Of a stretch of DNA of 64,000 nt, positions 1 to 11,800 are shown piece by piece (the first letter of the stretch is position 1; every line of letters starts with the position of its first letter). The position numbers and the translations under genes were made by a program. The DNA lies in NCBI GenBank assembly GCA_002269645.1, contig NIVC01001054.1, positions 84,744 to 148,743 on the forward strand. Direction: 5' to 3'. Source of the DNA: Macrostomum lignano (taxonomy: Eukaryota). The notes beneath the pieces are model-generated. The model was given only the letters and a program-made list of their open reading frames with translations. It was not told the origin of the DNA and did not search any database.

Positions 1-67
1 TAATTCATAAGGTTAATTAATGTAGTTAAGGTTTTCTTAATTACTTTTGCTTGTTGTTCATTTTTTA

Positions 68-435
68 TTTAGCAGCATTAGTAGTAGTAGCATTAGTAGT
101 AGTATTAGTAGTAGTAGTAGTAGTAGCAGTAGTATAGTAGTAGTAGCATAGTAGTAGTAGTAGTAGTAGTAGTATTGGTGATAGTAGTAGTGGTAGTAGT
201 AGTAGTAAGTATTAGTAGTAATTAGTAGTAGTATTGTGGTAGCAGTAGTATTAGTATAGTAGTATTAGTGGTATAGTGGTGGTAGTAGTAGTATTAGTAG
301 TAGTAGTAGTAGTATTAGTAGTAAGTATTAGTAGTAGTAGTATTAGTAGTAGTAGTAGTAGTATTAGTAGTAGTAGTATTAGTGGTAGTAGTGGTGGTAG
401 TAGTAGAAGTGGTAGTAGTGATTGGTAGTAGTAGT
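68..435. repeat. Degenerate (TAG/AGT)n trinucleotide microsatellite
   Basis: Runs of tagtagtag with point variants. ORFs 251..571 and 382..672 partly read this repeat. Confidence 0.95.
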
Positions 436-553
436 TACATATTCTCCTATCGCGTTCGTCATTCCATTTCAGCCAAACAACAAAGAAGTTTGAAGAATTT
501 GTTTTTTCTTCTTTTATTTGTAAACTCTTTAAAGTTAGACTCGGCTGGTGCAG

Positions 554-709
554 ATGCTGAAGTCCAAGCACACTTGCTAACGGCGGCTGTGTGGCTTCGC
601 CTTTGCTGCATGCTCAGCTACCTGCTACTCATGGCACCGGGTGCGCGAGCTCGGCTGTCAGCCTGCTGCTGATGCAGGATGCTGCGAAGCTGTGCACGAC
701 ACTAAGCAG
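554..709 (+). CDS. Candidate first coding exon (signal-anchor) of the C1GALT1-like gene, frame-disrupted
   Basis: ATG at 554 (MLKSKH...). Hydrophobic segments LCGFAF and CMLSYLLLM lie in different frames. Donor cag|GTCAGT at 710; a phase-2 end fits the exon at 1916. Needs indels to be read through. Confidence 0.35.
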
Positions 710-1104
710 GTCAGTATACAGTGATGCGGGACTTTGTTGTTTCAGGACGTCTTCACTTTAGTCTCCTTTTTTTATGAAATCACTCTCCGACTTTCGAAAT
801 CTTATGAAATGATTGCTAGAAATTTGTCTCGGTTGCTACCATGAAACTGCTTGAAAAGTGAGTTCGATATACTTCGGGGTTCGAGTCACGCTTTTTCAAT
901 AAGACTAGAGACGCGTTCTCTCGGTTTGAAAGTTGAGTTGCATCAACCAACAAATGATTTGGAACTGATCACAGTGTGCAAGTTAGCGTTGCTTTCTTGT
1001 TTTTTTTCACTGTCCGTCCTTCATTTACATCTCGTCCAATGCTCTTATTGAAGTTTCACTATATGAAAAAATTGGAATAGACGAATGACAGTCTGCAGTC
1101 TTCA

Positions 1105-1790
1105 TATAGGATTCATTGCCACGAGGATCCATTGCCCATGAGGATCCATTCCCCATGAGGATGCATTCCAATGAGGATCCATTCCCATGAGAATCATTTC
1201 CCATGAGGATCCATTTCTCACGAGGATTCATTCCAATGAGGATCCATTCCCATGAAGATCCATTCCCCATGAGGATGCATTTCTCATGAGGATGCATTCC
1301 CATGAGGATGCATTCCCCATGAAGATCCATTCCCCATGAAGATCCATTCCCCATGAGGATGCATTCCCATGAGGATCCATTCCCCATGAGGATGCATTCC
1401 CAATGAGGATCCATTCCCATGAAGATCCATTCCCCATGAGGATGCATTTCTCATGAGGATGCATTCCCCATGAGGATGCATTCCCCATGAAGATCCATTC
1501 CATGAAGATCCATTCCCCATGAGGATGCATTCCCATGAGGATCCATTCCCCATGAGGATGGCATTCCCAATGAGGATCCATTTCTCATGAAGATTCATTC
1601 CCATGAGGATGCATTCCCCATGAAGATCCATTCCCATGAAGATCCATTCCCATGAAGATCCATTCCCCATGAGGATTCATTCCCATGAGGATCCATTCCC
1701 CATGAGGATTCATTCCCCATGAGGATCCATTCCCCATGAGGATCCATTCCCTGAGGATGCATTCCCAATGAGGATCTTCCATGATCCCCA
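1105..1790. repeat. Degenerate 17-18 bp minisatellite (catgaggatccattccc), intronic
   Basis: Tandem copies visible; source of the MGNGSSW-type ORFs 1025-1914. Confidence 0.95.
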
Positions 1791-1915
1791 TTAAGAGCCT
1801 ATTATGAAGTTCGAACTTGTGCAATTTTGACTTGACTTCACTGCTATTCTGGTCATCTAACAAAGGTTTGCATTCTGAACACGCACTCTGCTCCTGTTTT
1901 CCCATCACCGTCAAG

Positions 1916-4900
1916 GCCTCTGCTCAGCAGCTGCTCGCCGCCGAAGGCCAGTTCGTGCCCCGCCAGCCGCACGACACGCGCCTGGGACGCCGCCATCCGC
2001 CGTATGGGTCCAGTGCGCCAGTCTGCTCTGTGGAATGACTCCGCATCTCATTCCCATCTGAACGAGAAATATCTTTGCGACAGGCTCAAAGCGAAAGTCC
2101 GCATATTCTGCTGGATTATGACTTCGCCTGGCAACCACGAGTCTAAGGCTGTTCATCTCAAGGCTACCTGGGTCAAACGGTGCAATAACTTTGTATTTAT
2201 GAGCACTAAAGCTGATCCTTCACTGCCGTCCATTGGTTAGTACTGAGCGATAAGTTTTTGCATTGTTTTATCCTGTGTTCAATGTGTATTAGGGACTGTT
2301 CAGGTGCATTAGGGACTGTTCAGGTGCATTAGGGACTGTTCAGGTGTATTAGGGACTGTTCAGGTGTATTAGCGACTGTTCAGGTGCATTAGGACTGTTC
2401 AGGTGCATTAGGGACTGTTCAGGTATTAGGGACTGTTCAGGTGCATTAGGGACTGTTCAGGTGCATTAGGGACTGTTCAGGTGTATTAGGGACTGTTCAG
2501 GTGTATTAGGGACTGTTCAGGTGTATTAGGGACTGTTCAGGTGTATTAGGGACTGTTCAGGTGCATTAGGGACTGTTCAGGTGCATTAGGGACTGTTCAG
2601 GTGCATTAGGGACTGTTCAGGTGCATTAGGGACTGTTCAGGTGCATTAGGGACTGTTCAGGTGCATTAGGGACTGTTCAGGTGTATTAGGGACTGTTCAG
2701 GTGTATTAGGGACTGTTCAGGTGCATTAGGGACTGTTCAGGTGCATTAGGGACTGTTCAGGTGCATTAGGGACTGTTCAGGTGCATTAGGGACTGTTCAG
2801 GTGCATTAGGGACTGTTCAGGTGTATTAGGGACTGTTCAGGTGTATTAGGGACTGTTCAGGTGTATTAGGGACTGTTCAGGTGTATTAGGGACTGTTCAG
2901 GTGCATTAGGGACTGTTCAGGTGCATTAGGGACTGTTCAGGTGCATTAGGGACTGTTCCGGTGTATTAGGGACTGTTCAGGTGCATTAGGGACTGTTCAG
3001 GTGCATTAGGGACTGTTCAGGTGCATTAGGGACTGTTCAGGTGTATTAGGGACTGTTCAGGTGTATTAGGGGCTGTTCAGGTGTATTAGGGCTGTTCAGG
3101 TGTATTAGGGACTGTTCAGGTGTATTAGGGACTGTTCAGGTGTATTAGGGACTGTTCAGGTGCATTAGGGACTGTTCAGGTGTATTAGGGGCTGTTCAGG
3201 TGTATTAGGGACTGTTCAGGTGTATTAGGGACTGTTCAGGTGTATTAGGGACTGTTCAGGTGCATTAGGGACTGTTCAGGTGTATTAGGGACTGTTCAGG
3301 TGTATTAGGGACTGTTCAGGTGTATTAGGGACTGTTCAGGTGCATTAGGGACTGTTCAGGTGCATTAGGGACTGTTCAGGTGTATTAGGGACTGTTCAGG
3401 TGTATTAGGGACTGTTCAAGTGTATTAGGGACTGTTCAGGTGTATTAGGGACTGTTCAGGTATATTAGAGACTGCATCCTCAGGCATTCAGGCATCCTAA
3501 CTCACTAACCAATCTTTACCAGCTCTGAAGGTAGGCGAAGGCCGCGACAATCTGTGGGCAAAAACGAAGGCAGCATTCCGGTACCTGTACGATCACCACC
3601 TGAAGGATTACGATTTCTTTCTCAAAGCGGACGACGACACCTACGCAGTGGTGGAGAATCTGCGCTACATGCTGCGCAACAGTGACCCGGACTCCGGCCT
3701 CTACGCCGGGCGTCGATTCAAGCCCTTCGTGAGACAGGGCTACATGTCCGGCGGGGCCGGCTACGTGCTGTCCAGAGAGGCTGTCAAACTGTTTATTGAG
3801 CGCGGCCTTCAAAGCAAAAGTTCCAAATGCAGTCCCCAGTCTGGCGGGGCTGAGGATGTTCAAGTTGGTGAGTTCCATGTAAATTGACATTGAAAAGTTA
3901 TTCAATATGCTAATGGATTATGCTTTAGTGACGCCCCAGCTCCAGGGGCGCCATTAACAGAGGTGCTATTATTAGAGGTAGAGGCCACATTATAAGAGGC
4001 GCCATTATCAGAGGCGCCATTATCAGAGGCGCCATTATCAGTGGCTCCATTATCAGTGGCGCTATATACAGAGGCGCCATTATCAGTGGCGCTATTACCA
4101 AAGGCGCCATTATCAGAGGCGCAATTATCAGAGGCGCTATTATTAAAGGTAGAGGCGCCATTACCAGAGGCGCTATTACCAGAGGCGCCATTATCAGAGG
4201 CGCCATTATCAGAGGCGCCATTACCAAAGGTGCTATTATTAAAGGTATAGGCGCCATTATCAGAGGCGCTATTATTAAAGGTAGAGGCCCCATTATCAGA
4301 GGCGCCATTATCAGAGGCGCCATTATCAGAGGCGCCATTATCAGAGGCGCCATTACCAAAGGCGCTATTATTAAAGGTATAGGCGCCATTACCAGAGGCG
4401 CCATTATCAGAGGCGCCATTATCAGAGGCGCCATTACCAAAGGCGCTATTATTAAAGGTATAGGCGCCATTACCAGAGGCGCCATTATCAGAGGCGCCAT
4501 TATCAGAGGCGCCATTACCAAAGGTGCTATTATTAAAGGTATAGGCGCCATTACCAGAGGCGCCATTACCAGAGGCGCCATTATCAGAGGCGCCATTATC
4601 AGAGGCGCCATTACCAAAGGTGCTATTATTAAAGGTATAGGCGCCATTACCAGAGGCGCCATTCTCAGAGACGCCATTACCAGAGGCGCTATTATCAGAG
4701 GCGCCATTACCAAAGGTGCTATTATTAAAGGTATAGGCGCCATTACCAGAGGCGCCATTCTCAGAGACGCCATTACCAGAGGCGCTATTATCAGAGGCGC
4801 CATTACCAAAGGTGCTATTATTAAAGGTATAGGCGCCATTACCAGAGGCGCCATTCTCAGAGACGCCATTCTCAGAGACGCCATTCTCAGAGACGCCATA

Positions 4901-6550
4901 CACTCTTGGCATCGGATTGGAGGGGGGAAGGCAGCACGCATATCAGAGCCGCTCTTGAAAATGCAAACTATGCTACTATTTGATCAGACTTTAAGTCCTA
5001 CGTGTTGAAATCCGATAGCTCGCCCAACTGGTTTGGACTTGATGGACACGCCTTGTTCCTCCTTAACTTTTCGCAGGCTCCTGTCTGGAATCTGTCGGAG
5101 TTAAAGTTTTCGATTCCGTTGACGAGCTGGGTCGAGAACGATTCCACCCGTTCCCGCCCGAGAGCCACCTGCTGCCCAATGCCATACCCAAGGATAACTG
5201 GCTGTGGCATTACAACTATCATCCGCTGAAAACTGTTAGTGCATTTCCCTGTGTTTTTTCCTATTTGCTTTGATGCTCGCTTCTTTTGCTACCCTCCACC
5301 GCTTCTCTTGCTACCCTCCACCGCTTCTTTTGCTACCCTCCACCGCTTCTTTTGCTACCCTCCACCGCTTCTCTTGCTACCCTCCACCGCTTCTTTTGCT
5401 ACCCTCCACCGCTTCTTTTGCTACCCTCCACCGCTTCTCTTGCTACCCTCCACCGCTTCTTTTGCTACCCTCCACCGCTTCTTTTGCTACCCTCCACCGC
5501 TTCTTTTGCTACCCTCCACCGCTTCTCTTGCTACCCTCCACCGCTTCTTTTGCTACCCTCCACCGCTTCTTTTGCTACCCTCCACCCCTTCTCTTGCTAC
5601 CCTCCACCCCTTCTCTTGCTACCCTCCGGTGCTTCTTTTGCTACCCTCCGAATCTCCTTTTGCTACCCTCCACCGCTTCTCTTGCTACCCTCCACCGCTT
5701 CTTTTGCTACCCTCCACCGCTTCTCTTGCTACCCTCCACCGCTTCTTTTGCTACCCTCCACCGCTTCTTTTGCTACCCTCCACCGCTTCTCTTGCTACCC
5801 TCCACCGCTTCTTTTGCTACCCTCCACCGCTTCTTTTGCTACCCTCCACCGCTTCTTTTGCTACCCTCCACCGCTTCTTTTGCTACCCTCCACCCCTTCT
5901 CTTGCTACCCTCCGGTGCTTCTTTTGCTAACCTCCGAATCTCCTTTTGCTACCCTCCACCGCTTCTCTTGCTACCCTCCACCCCTTCTCTTGCTACCCTC
6001 CGGTGCTTCTTTTGCTACCCTCCGAATCTCCTTTTGCTACCCTCCACCGCTTCTCTTGCTACCCTACACCCCTTCTCTTGCTACCCTACACCGCTTCTCT
6101 TGCTACCCTCCGGTGCTTCTTTTGCTAACCTCCGAATCTCCTTTTGCTACCCTCCACCGCTTCTCTTGCTACCCTCCACCCCTTCTCTTGCTACCCTCCA
6201 CCCCTTCTCTTGCTACCCTCCGGTGCTTCTTTTGCTACCCTCCACCGCTTCTCTTGCCACCCTCTCAGATCCTTCAGTGGCCAGCCAATGCCAGCGGCAT
6301 ACACTTGCGCAGAAATGGTTGAATTTCTTACACCGTCACTCCGCAGGGCCCCGACTGCTGCAGCGACACCACCGTCTCGTTTCACTACGTGAGTCCCCGA
6401 CTGATGTACGCACTGGAGTTCTTCGTCTACCATCTGAAACCCTACGGCGTTATTCACGATTTTGAAACTGTGAAATCGTTTGTTCTGGCCGAGTTGAAGT
6501 CGCAGTTTGCTCAGGCTGGCCAAGCTGATGGCAAAGCCAAAAACACTTGA
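1916..6550 (+). CDS. C1GALT1: Core-1 beta-1,3-galactosyltransferase (T-synthase, GT31 family); exons 1916-2235, 3523-3867, 5077-5234, 6347-6550
   Basis: Spliced protein has [48 protein letters not shown] (DxD), [32 protein letters not shown] and [17 protein letters not shown]. All three introns are GT-AG with matching phases; stop TGA at 6548-6550. Confidence 0.92.
2286..3462. repeat. 20-bp minisatellite (attagggactgttcaggtg[c/t]) filling a C1GALT1 intron
   Basis: About 58 near-identical tandem units. Confidence 0.97.
3945..4900. repeat. 15-bp based minisatellite (gaggcgccattatca) filling a C1GALT1 intron
   Basis: Tandem units with higher-order variants; gives the spurious NGAS and MAPL repeat ORFs on the minus strand. 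Confidence 0.95.
5275..6262. repeat. 22-bp minisatellite (ctaccctccaccgcttcttttg) filling a C1GALT1 intron
   Basis: Tandem units; source of ORFs 5239-6465. Confidence 0.96.
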
Positions 6551-6744
6551 ACCCTTTCTTACTGTTCTGCCTTCTGTACATGTGTAGAAAAAGTTAACAG
6601 TGAGCAATTCTTACTTTGCTTATATTTGAATGCTTATTTAGATTTTCAGTAGTCTATCTCTGTTAAATTAGCGTCATTTTGATACTCCGTTTTTGGTCTC
6701 AAAGTCCAAGTGCATACCGTGAAGTCATAACCTGTGACCCAAAT

Positions 6745-6990
6745 TCCTAATCTATGCCCTGAAGTCCTAATCTATGCCCTGAAGTCCCACTGCATGTCCT
6801 GAGGTCCTAATCTATACTTCCCTGAACTTCCCTGAAGTCCCAATCTATACTTCCCTGAAGTCCCAATCTATACTTCCCTGAAGTCCCAATCTATACTTCC
6901 CTGAAGTCCCAATCTATACTTCCCTGAACTTCCCTGAAGTCCCAATCTATACTTCCCTGAAGTCCCAATCTATTCCCTGAACTGCCAGTG
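6745..6990. repeat. 23-bp minisatellite (cctgaagtcccaatctatacttc)
   Basis: Tandem degenerate copies downstream of the C1GALT1 stop. Confidence 0.85.
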
Positions 6991-7575
6991 CATTCCCTGA
7001 AGTCTAGCCGAGTCGTTGACTGTTTGTTAAGATTCCATTTTATTGCTGGCTGTGCCCTGTGATCAGGCCACTCATTTATTGGCCAGCTTCTGCGCGGCAT
7101 CAACAAACCCGCTGGTCTGTAAACAAGTGGCCGGTGCTTCAATTCCCACGCATCGAACATTGGTGAATTGTGTTATTTTGTAAATTTTGCTTTACGAATC
7201 ACGAAAATCATCGTATGAGTTATTTGCTTTTTTTAAAGTTAGAAAATTATTATCAATAGGAGACTTTTGACTAAAAAAATTCAAGAAGATGAATGCAGTT
7301 ACTTTAGTTATATTACTACTGTTGTTTGTTCTAACCGCCTGTGTGATTTGCATTCAAATAATTTTATCTATTTCTTGTGTCTTATCCATTATTTGTTTTC
7401 ATTAATATTTTCAATTAAAAATGATGCTAATTTTTATTGCGTTCTTTTAAGCAAAATAGACTCGACTTTCTTGATCTCTGAGACTCTTAGACTCTTGACA
7501 ATAAAAACATGTATCTCATTTGTACTCTTGTAAATACTACCTGCCTTCTATATTGACACTCAAAAAATAAATGTT

Positions 7576-8032
7576 ATGCTACAGCAGATGGGATAGATGC
7601 TACAGCATATGGTATAGATGCTACAGCATATGGTATAGATGCTACAGCATATGGGATAGATGCTACAGCATATGGGATAGATGCTACAGCATATGGGATA
7701 GATGCTACAGCATATGGGATAGATGCTACAGCATATGGGATAGATGCTACAGCATATGGGATAGATGCTACAGCATATGGGATAGATGCTACAGCATATG
7801 GGATAGATGCTACAGCATATGGGATAGATGCTACAGCATATGGGATAGATGCTACAGCATATGGGATAGATGCTACAGCATATGGGATAGATGCTACAGC
7901 ATATGGGATAGATGCTACAGCATATGGGATAGATGCTACAGCATATGGTATAGATGCTACAGCATATGGGATAGATGCTACAGCATATGGGATAGATGCT
8001 ACAGCATATGGGATACATGCTACAGCATATAC
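7576..8032. repeat. 21-bp minisatellite (gatgctacagcatatgggata)
   Basis: About 22 tandem units. Confidence 0.96.
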
Positions 8033-8548
8033 CGCAGCTCATCAGTCAACTGCTTCAGTGTCAGCTCCAAGATTTCAAGAGAAGCTCGTAGGTGTTCAAA
8101 ATTTGCTATTAAATAAAAGTTCAACAAACTTTGAATCTAACTTTGTACTTTAAAAAATAAAATGCATCAAATTAGCGGTGGCATGGTTATGTTTCGCCCA
8201 TAGACAGAACAGAATTTTAAAACACGCAGCCGGGAGCCCCCATTGGCCACAGACAAATTGCTGGGGTTCAGTCCGTGGAGCAGGTCGTGGGGCAGAGGGA
8301 TGATAATTCGCTCAGTAGCAGCCGGAATTACGCTAGCATACTGACGTGCAAATTAGCAGAGCTGATTTTATAAGCCAAGACTACCGCACTGCAACACCAC
8401 TTGCATAGCAACTAATTAATAAGCTATTGTGGAGTTACTTGCTGACTGCATTGTTCTCTTTAGTGAGCGCATATTAATCCAGGTAAGAAAATAATTTATT
8501 AATAATAATAAGCAGATAGCCTCGTGCTTTATTGCCTTTCATTGTATT

Positions 8549-8549
<1 letters not shown>

Positions 8550-8589
<40 letters not shown>

Positions 8590-8655
8590 ATGTCTGTCTG
8601 TCTGTCTCTGTCTGTCTGTCCGTCTGTCTGTCTGTCTCTCTCTGTCTGTCTGTCG

Positions 8656-8738
<83 letters not shown>

Positions 8739-8740
8739 CT
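8550..8740. repeat. (TCTG)n microsatellite in the 5'-UTR intron (8483-8747) of vWA gene A
   Basis: Donor ccag|GTAAGA at 8483 and acceptor ttccAG at 8746-8747 flank the tract. Confidence 0.9.
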
Positions 8741-8801
8741 GTTCCAGAGCATCCCAATCCAATTCTGCTCACACCTCACAGACCAGCCAGCCATCAAGGC
8801 C

Positions 8802-11800
8802 ATGCCAAGCAGGCGCTGCTCACCGCGGAGGCTCCTGGGTTCAACCAGCTTGTCGCTGGCGCTGCTCGCGCTCCTCTGCTGCTCTGCAGCGAGCGGCGCC
8901 GATGACAAGGACGACAAGTGCCACCAGCGCCTGGACGTCGTGGTCTGCGTTGACGCGTCCTCGTCGTCGAATGCCGCCGAGTTCGAAAAGCTGAAGCCAT
9001 TCCTCCGCCAGCTGCCCAGCCGGTTCAAGGTGTCGCAGACGAAGACCCGAATGGCTCTGGTGACCTACGCCCAGCACGCCCGTCTCGTGCTGGACTTTAA
9101 TGACACGGTGACGGCAGAGGACTTTGTGAACGCTGTGAACCGGCTGGAGTTTGTGGGCGGCAAGACGGACTTCGAGGCCCCAGTGAAGCTGGTGTGGGAC
9201 CGGCTGTTGCCCCAGCTGAGGCCGAAGCAAGCCATGTTCAACTTGATGTTGGTGATGGACGGCCGACAGGAAGACATCCTGGACAAGTACCCCGAGCCGA
9301 ACGCTCTAAGCATGGCAAACGCCCGACAACACGTGTTCCGCATGAAGATGAAGAGAATCGGATTTCACGTGATCGGCATCGGTAGTCCCTGGCACAGGTG
9401 AGCAGAGTAGCAGATTTAACAGCAGACCAGACAGGGTTCGATTCCCCACAACTCCACGCTGCTCAGAATGAATGTGATCATGCCTGACAGAGTCGGTGCA
9501 TATCAAAATCATTGTCATTGGTCCATATACTAGGCTACTAAGAGTAGAAATGTGAGCCCTTTAATATTTTCATTACAATGCAACGTTGTCACAGATTAAA
9601 CAAGTCGCACTAATTTTTTCCCAGGAGGCTGCTCTTCACAATGCAGGGCTTCAACTGCCGTCTGTCTCTTGGTATTGACAAAGCGTTCGAGGTATCGAGG
9701 GCTCTGAACTACCGCCGAGTCTGCGGCGACTGCAGGTTCTTGAAGACAAGCAAGTACACTGGGCCTTGTATGGACGGCGTTCGCTACTCTTACGAGAGCA
9801 AGATATCAAAAGACTTCACCTTGCCTACCCCCATGAGGTGCAGGATAAACCTTTCGCGGAAAGTAGAAAGCTGCAGTGAGTTTTGAAGTTTTACTTTTTT
9901 AGTTGCCTGTATTGACTGCGGCTATTTACTAGTAAGGTGAATGTGGTGGGATCGGGGGTTCTGTATCGTGGTGGATACTGTGAGGTGGAGGATACTGTGA
10001 GGTGTTGGGTGCTGTGGGGTGTTGGATGCTGTGGGGTGGCGGGTGCTCTGAGGTGGTGGGTGTTTTGAGGTGTTGGGTGCTGTGAGGTGTTGGGTGCTTT
10101 GAGGTGTTGGGTGCTGTGAGGTTTCGGGTACTGTGGGGTGGCGGGTGCTGCGGGGTGGTGGGTGCAATGGGGTGTTGGGTGCTGTGTGTTGGCGCGTAAT
10201 ATGGGGTGTTGGGTGCAGTGGGGTGGCGGGTGCCGTGAGGTGGTTGCTGCTGTGGGGTGGTGGGTGCTGTATGGTGGTGGGTGCAGTGGGGTGGTGGGTG
10301 CAGTGGGGTGGTGGGTGCAGTGGGGAGGTGGGTGCAGTGAGGTGGTGGGTGCAGTGAGGGGTGGGTGCAATAAGGTGGTGGGTGCAGTGAGGGGTGGGTG
10401 CAGTGAGGGGTGGGTGCAGTGGGGTGGTGAGTGCAGTGGGAAATTGTGTGCTGTGGGGTGGTGGGTGCAGTGGGGTAGTGGATGCAGTGGGGAGGTGGGT
10501 GCAGTGAGGTGGTTAGTGCTGTGGGAAATTGTGTGCTGTGGGGTGGTGGGTGCAGTGGGGTAGTGGATGCAGTGGGGAGGTGGGTGCAGTGAGGTGGTGG
10601 GTGCAGTTAGGGGGTGGGTGCAGTGGGGTGGTGGGTGCAGTGGAGTGGTGAGTGCAGTGCGGTGGTGGGTGCTTTAGGAAATTGTGTGCTGTGGGGTGGT
10701 GGGTGCAGTGAGATGGCGATGCTCTGAGTTACCAAGTGCCGTGTTATGGTGGGTGCTGTGGTTCAGTGGTGGCTTGGAGGAGGGTGTTGTGCCGCATCAT
10801 GAGTCACCTGTGCACAAACTGTTCACCAATAAAACTGTTTTGCAGAAGAGAGTGGTCAGAGCTGCAGCAAGGTGCAGATGTCGGTTAGCGCCTGCGATGA
10901 TAAGAAACGTGCATCCATCGTGAGCTCGTGGACCTACTTTGAAAATCGTCGCATGAAATGCCACACGCATAACATTGTCGATTACGTGTTTTGCAGTAAG
11001 TGATGGACTTGCCTATCGATACAGCTACCATCTATCTACCATCAGAAACCCGGATTCACCTACTTACAAACTTTTCTCCCTATAGACATGACCAGCACCT
11101 GTCAAAGCAAGGCCCCAGCCGATATCGCACTTGTGCTGGACATCACCCGGTCCGAGGCAGCCGACTTTCAGAAGCTGAAAGACGCCGCTAAAGCCATCGT
11201 TGGCTTCTTTGACATTGGCCGAAGCGACAGCCCCGTAAAAGTCGCCATTTTCACTTTTTACTCTTTCAATAAAGCCTATCAGATTTTGAGTCTGAGCCAA
11301 AAGAAAACCAAAGCAGAAATTCTCGCAATCATCGACGGCATCAATATGGCAAGCGAGGATATACGCGCAAACAGAGAATCTTACCCTGCCATTGAAATGG
11401 CCGTGAATCATTTGAAAAACGGCTACAGCTCAAAGAGTCACAAGAACAATCACCTGGTGCTGTTAACTTCTGGAAACAGCAATCTCATTAGAAGCAAGGT
11501 TAAGGTCTACGAAGTGCTTGCTGAGCAGTCTATCACTGCCTACGCTATTGGGGTGACCCGCGAATCGCATAGGTGAGTGTCCCTACCAGCGATTGTATCC
11601 CACACTTATCCCACACTGTTATGTTTTCAGGTTACTTCAATATGCTTAAGGCACTAATTATTAGTGCTGATATCATAGCAGAGTTTTACGCTGCTCAAGG
11701 GTTCTTAGTATTGCTCTTATTTCTCTTTATTTCACATTCTCACAGCGGGCTTTTAACCCAAGCCTGTTTTGGCAGCTTCATTTAGTCCATAGATAAAACA

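Noticed and set aside
3902-4941. 336/338 aa NGAS or MAPL repeat proteins (ice-nucleation-like)
   Set aside because: They lie wholly within a C1GALT1 intron and are translations of a 15-bp minisatellite.
8532-8801. N-terminal SVCL extension of the vWA ORF
   Set aside because: Reads through the (TCTG)n 5'-UTR intron; the start is ATG 8802 before the signal peptide, as in copy B.
9434-9446. tRNA gene from a box-B-like ggttcgattccc (also 16679-16689)
   Set aside because: No cloverleaf or box A could be built; at most a SINE/tRNA remnant.
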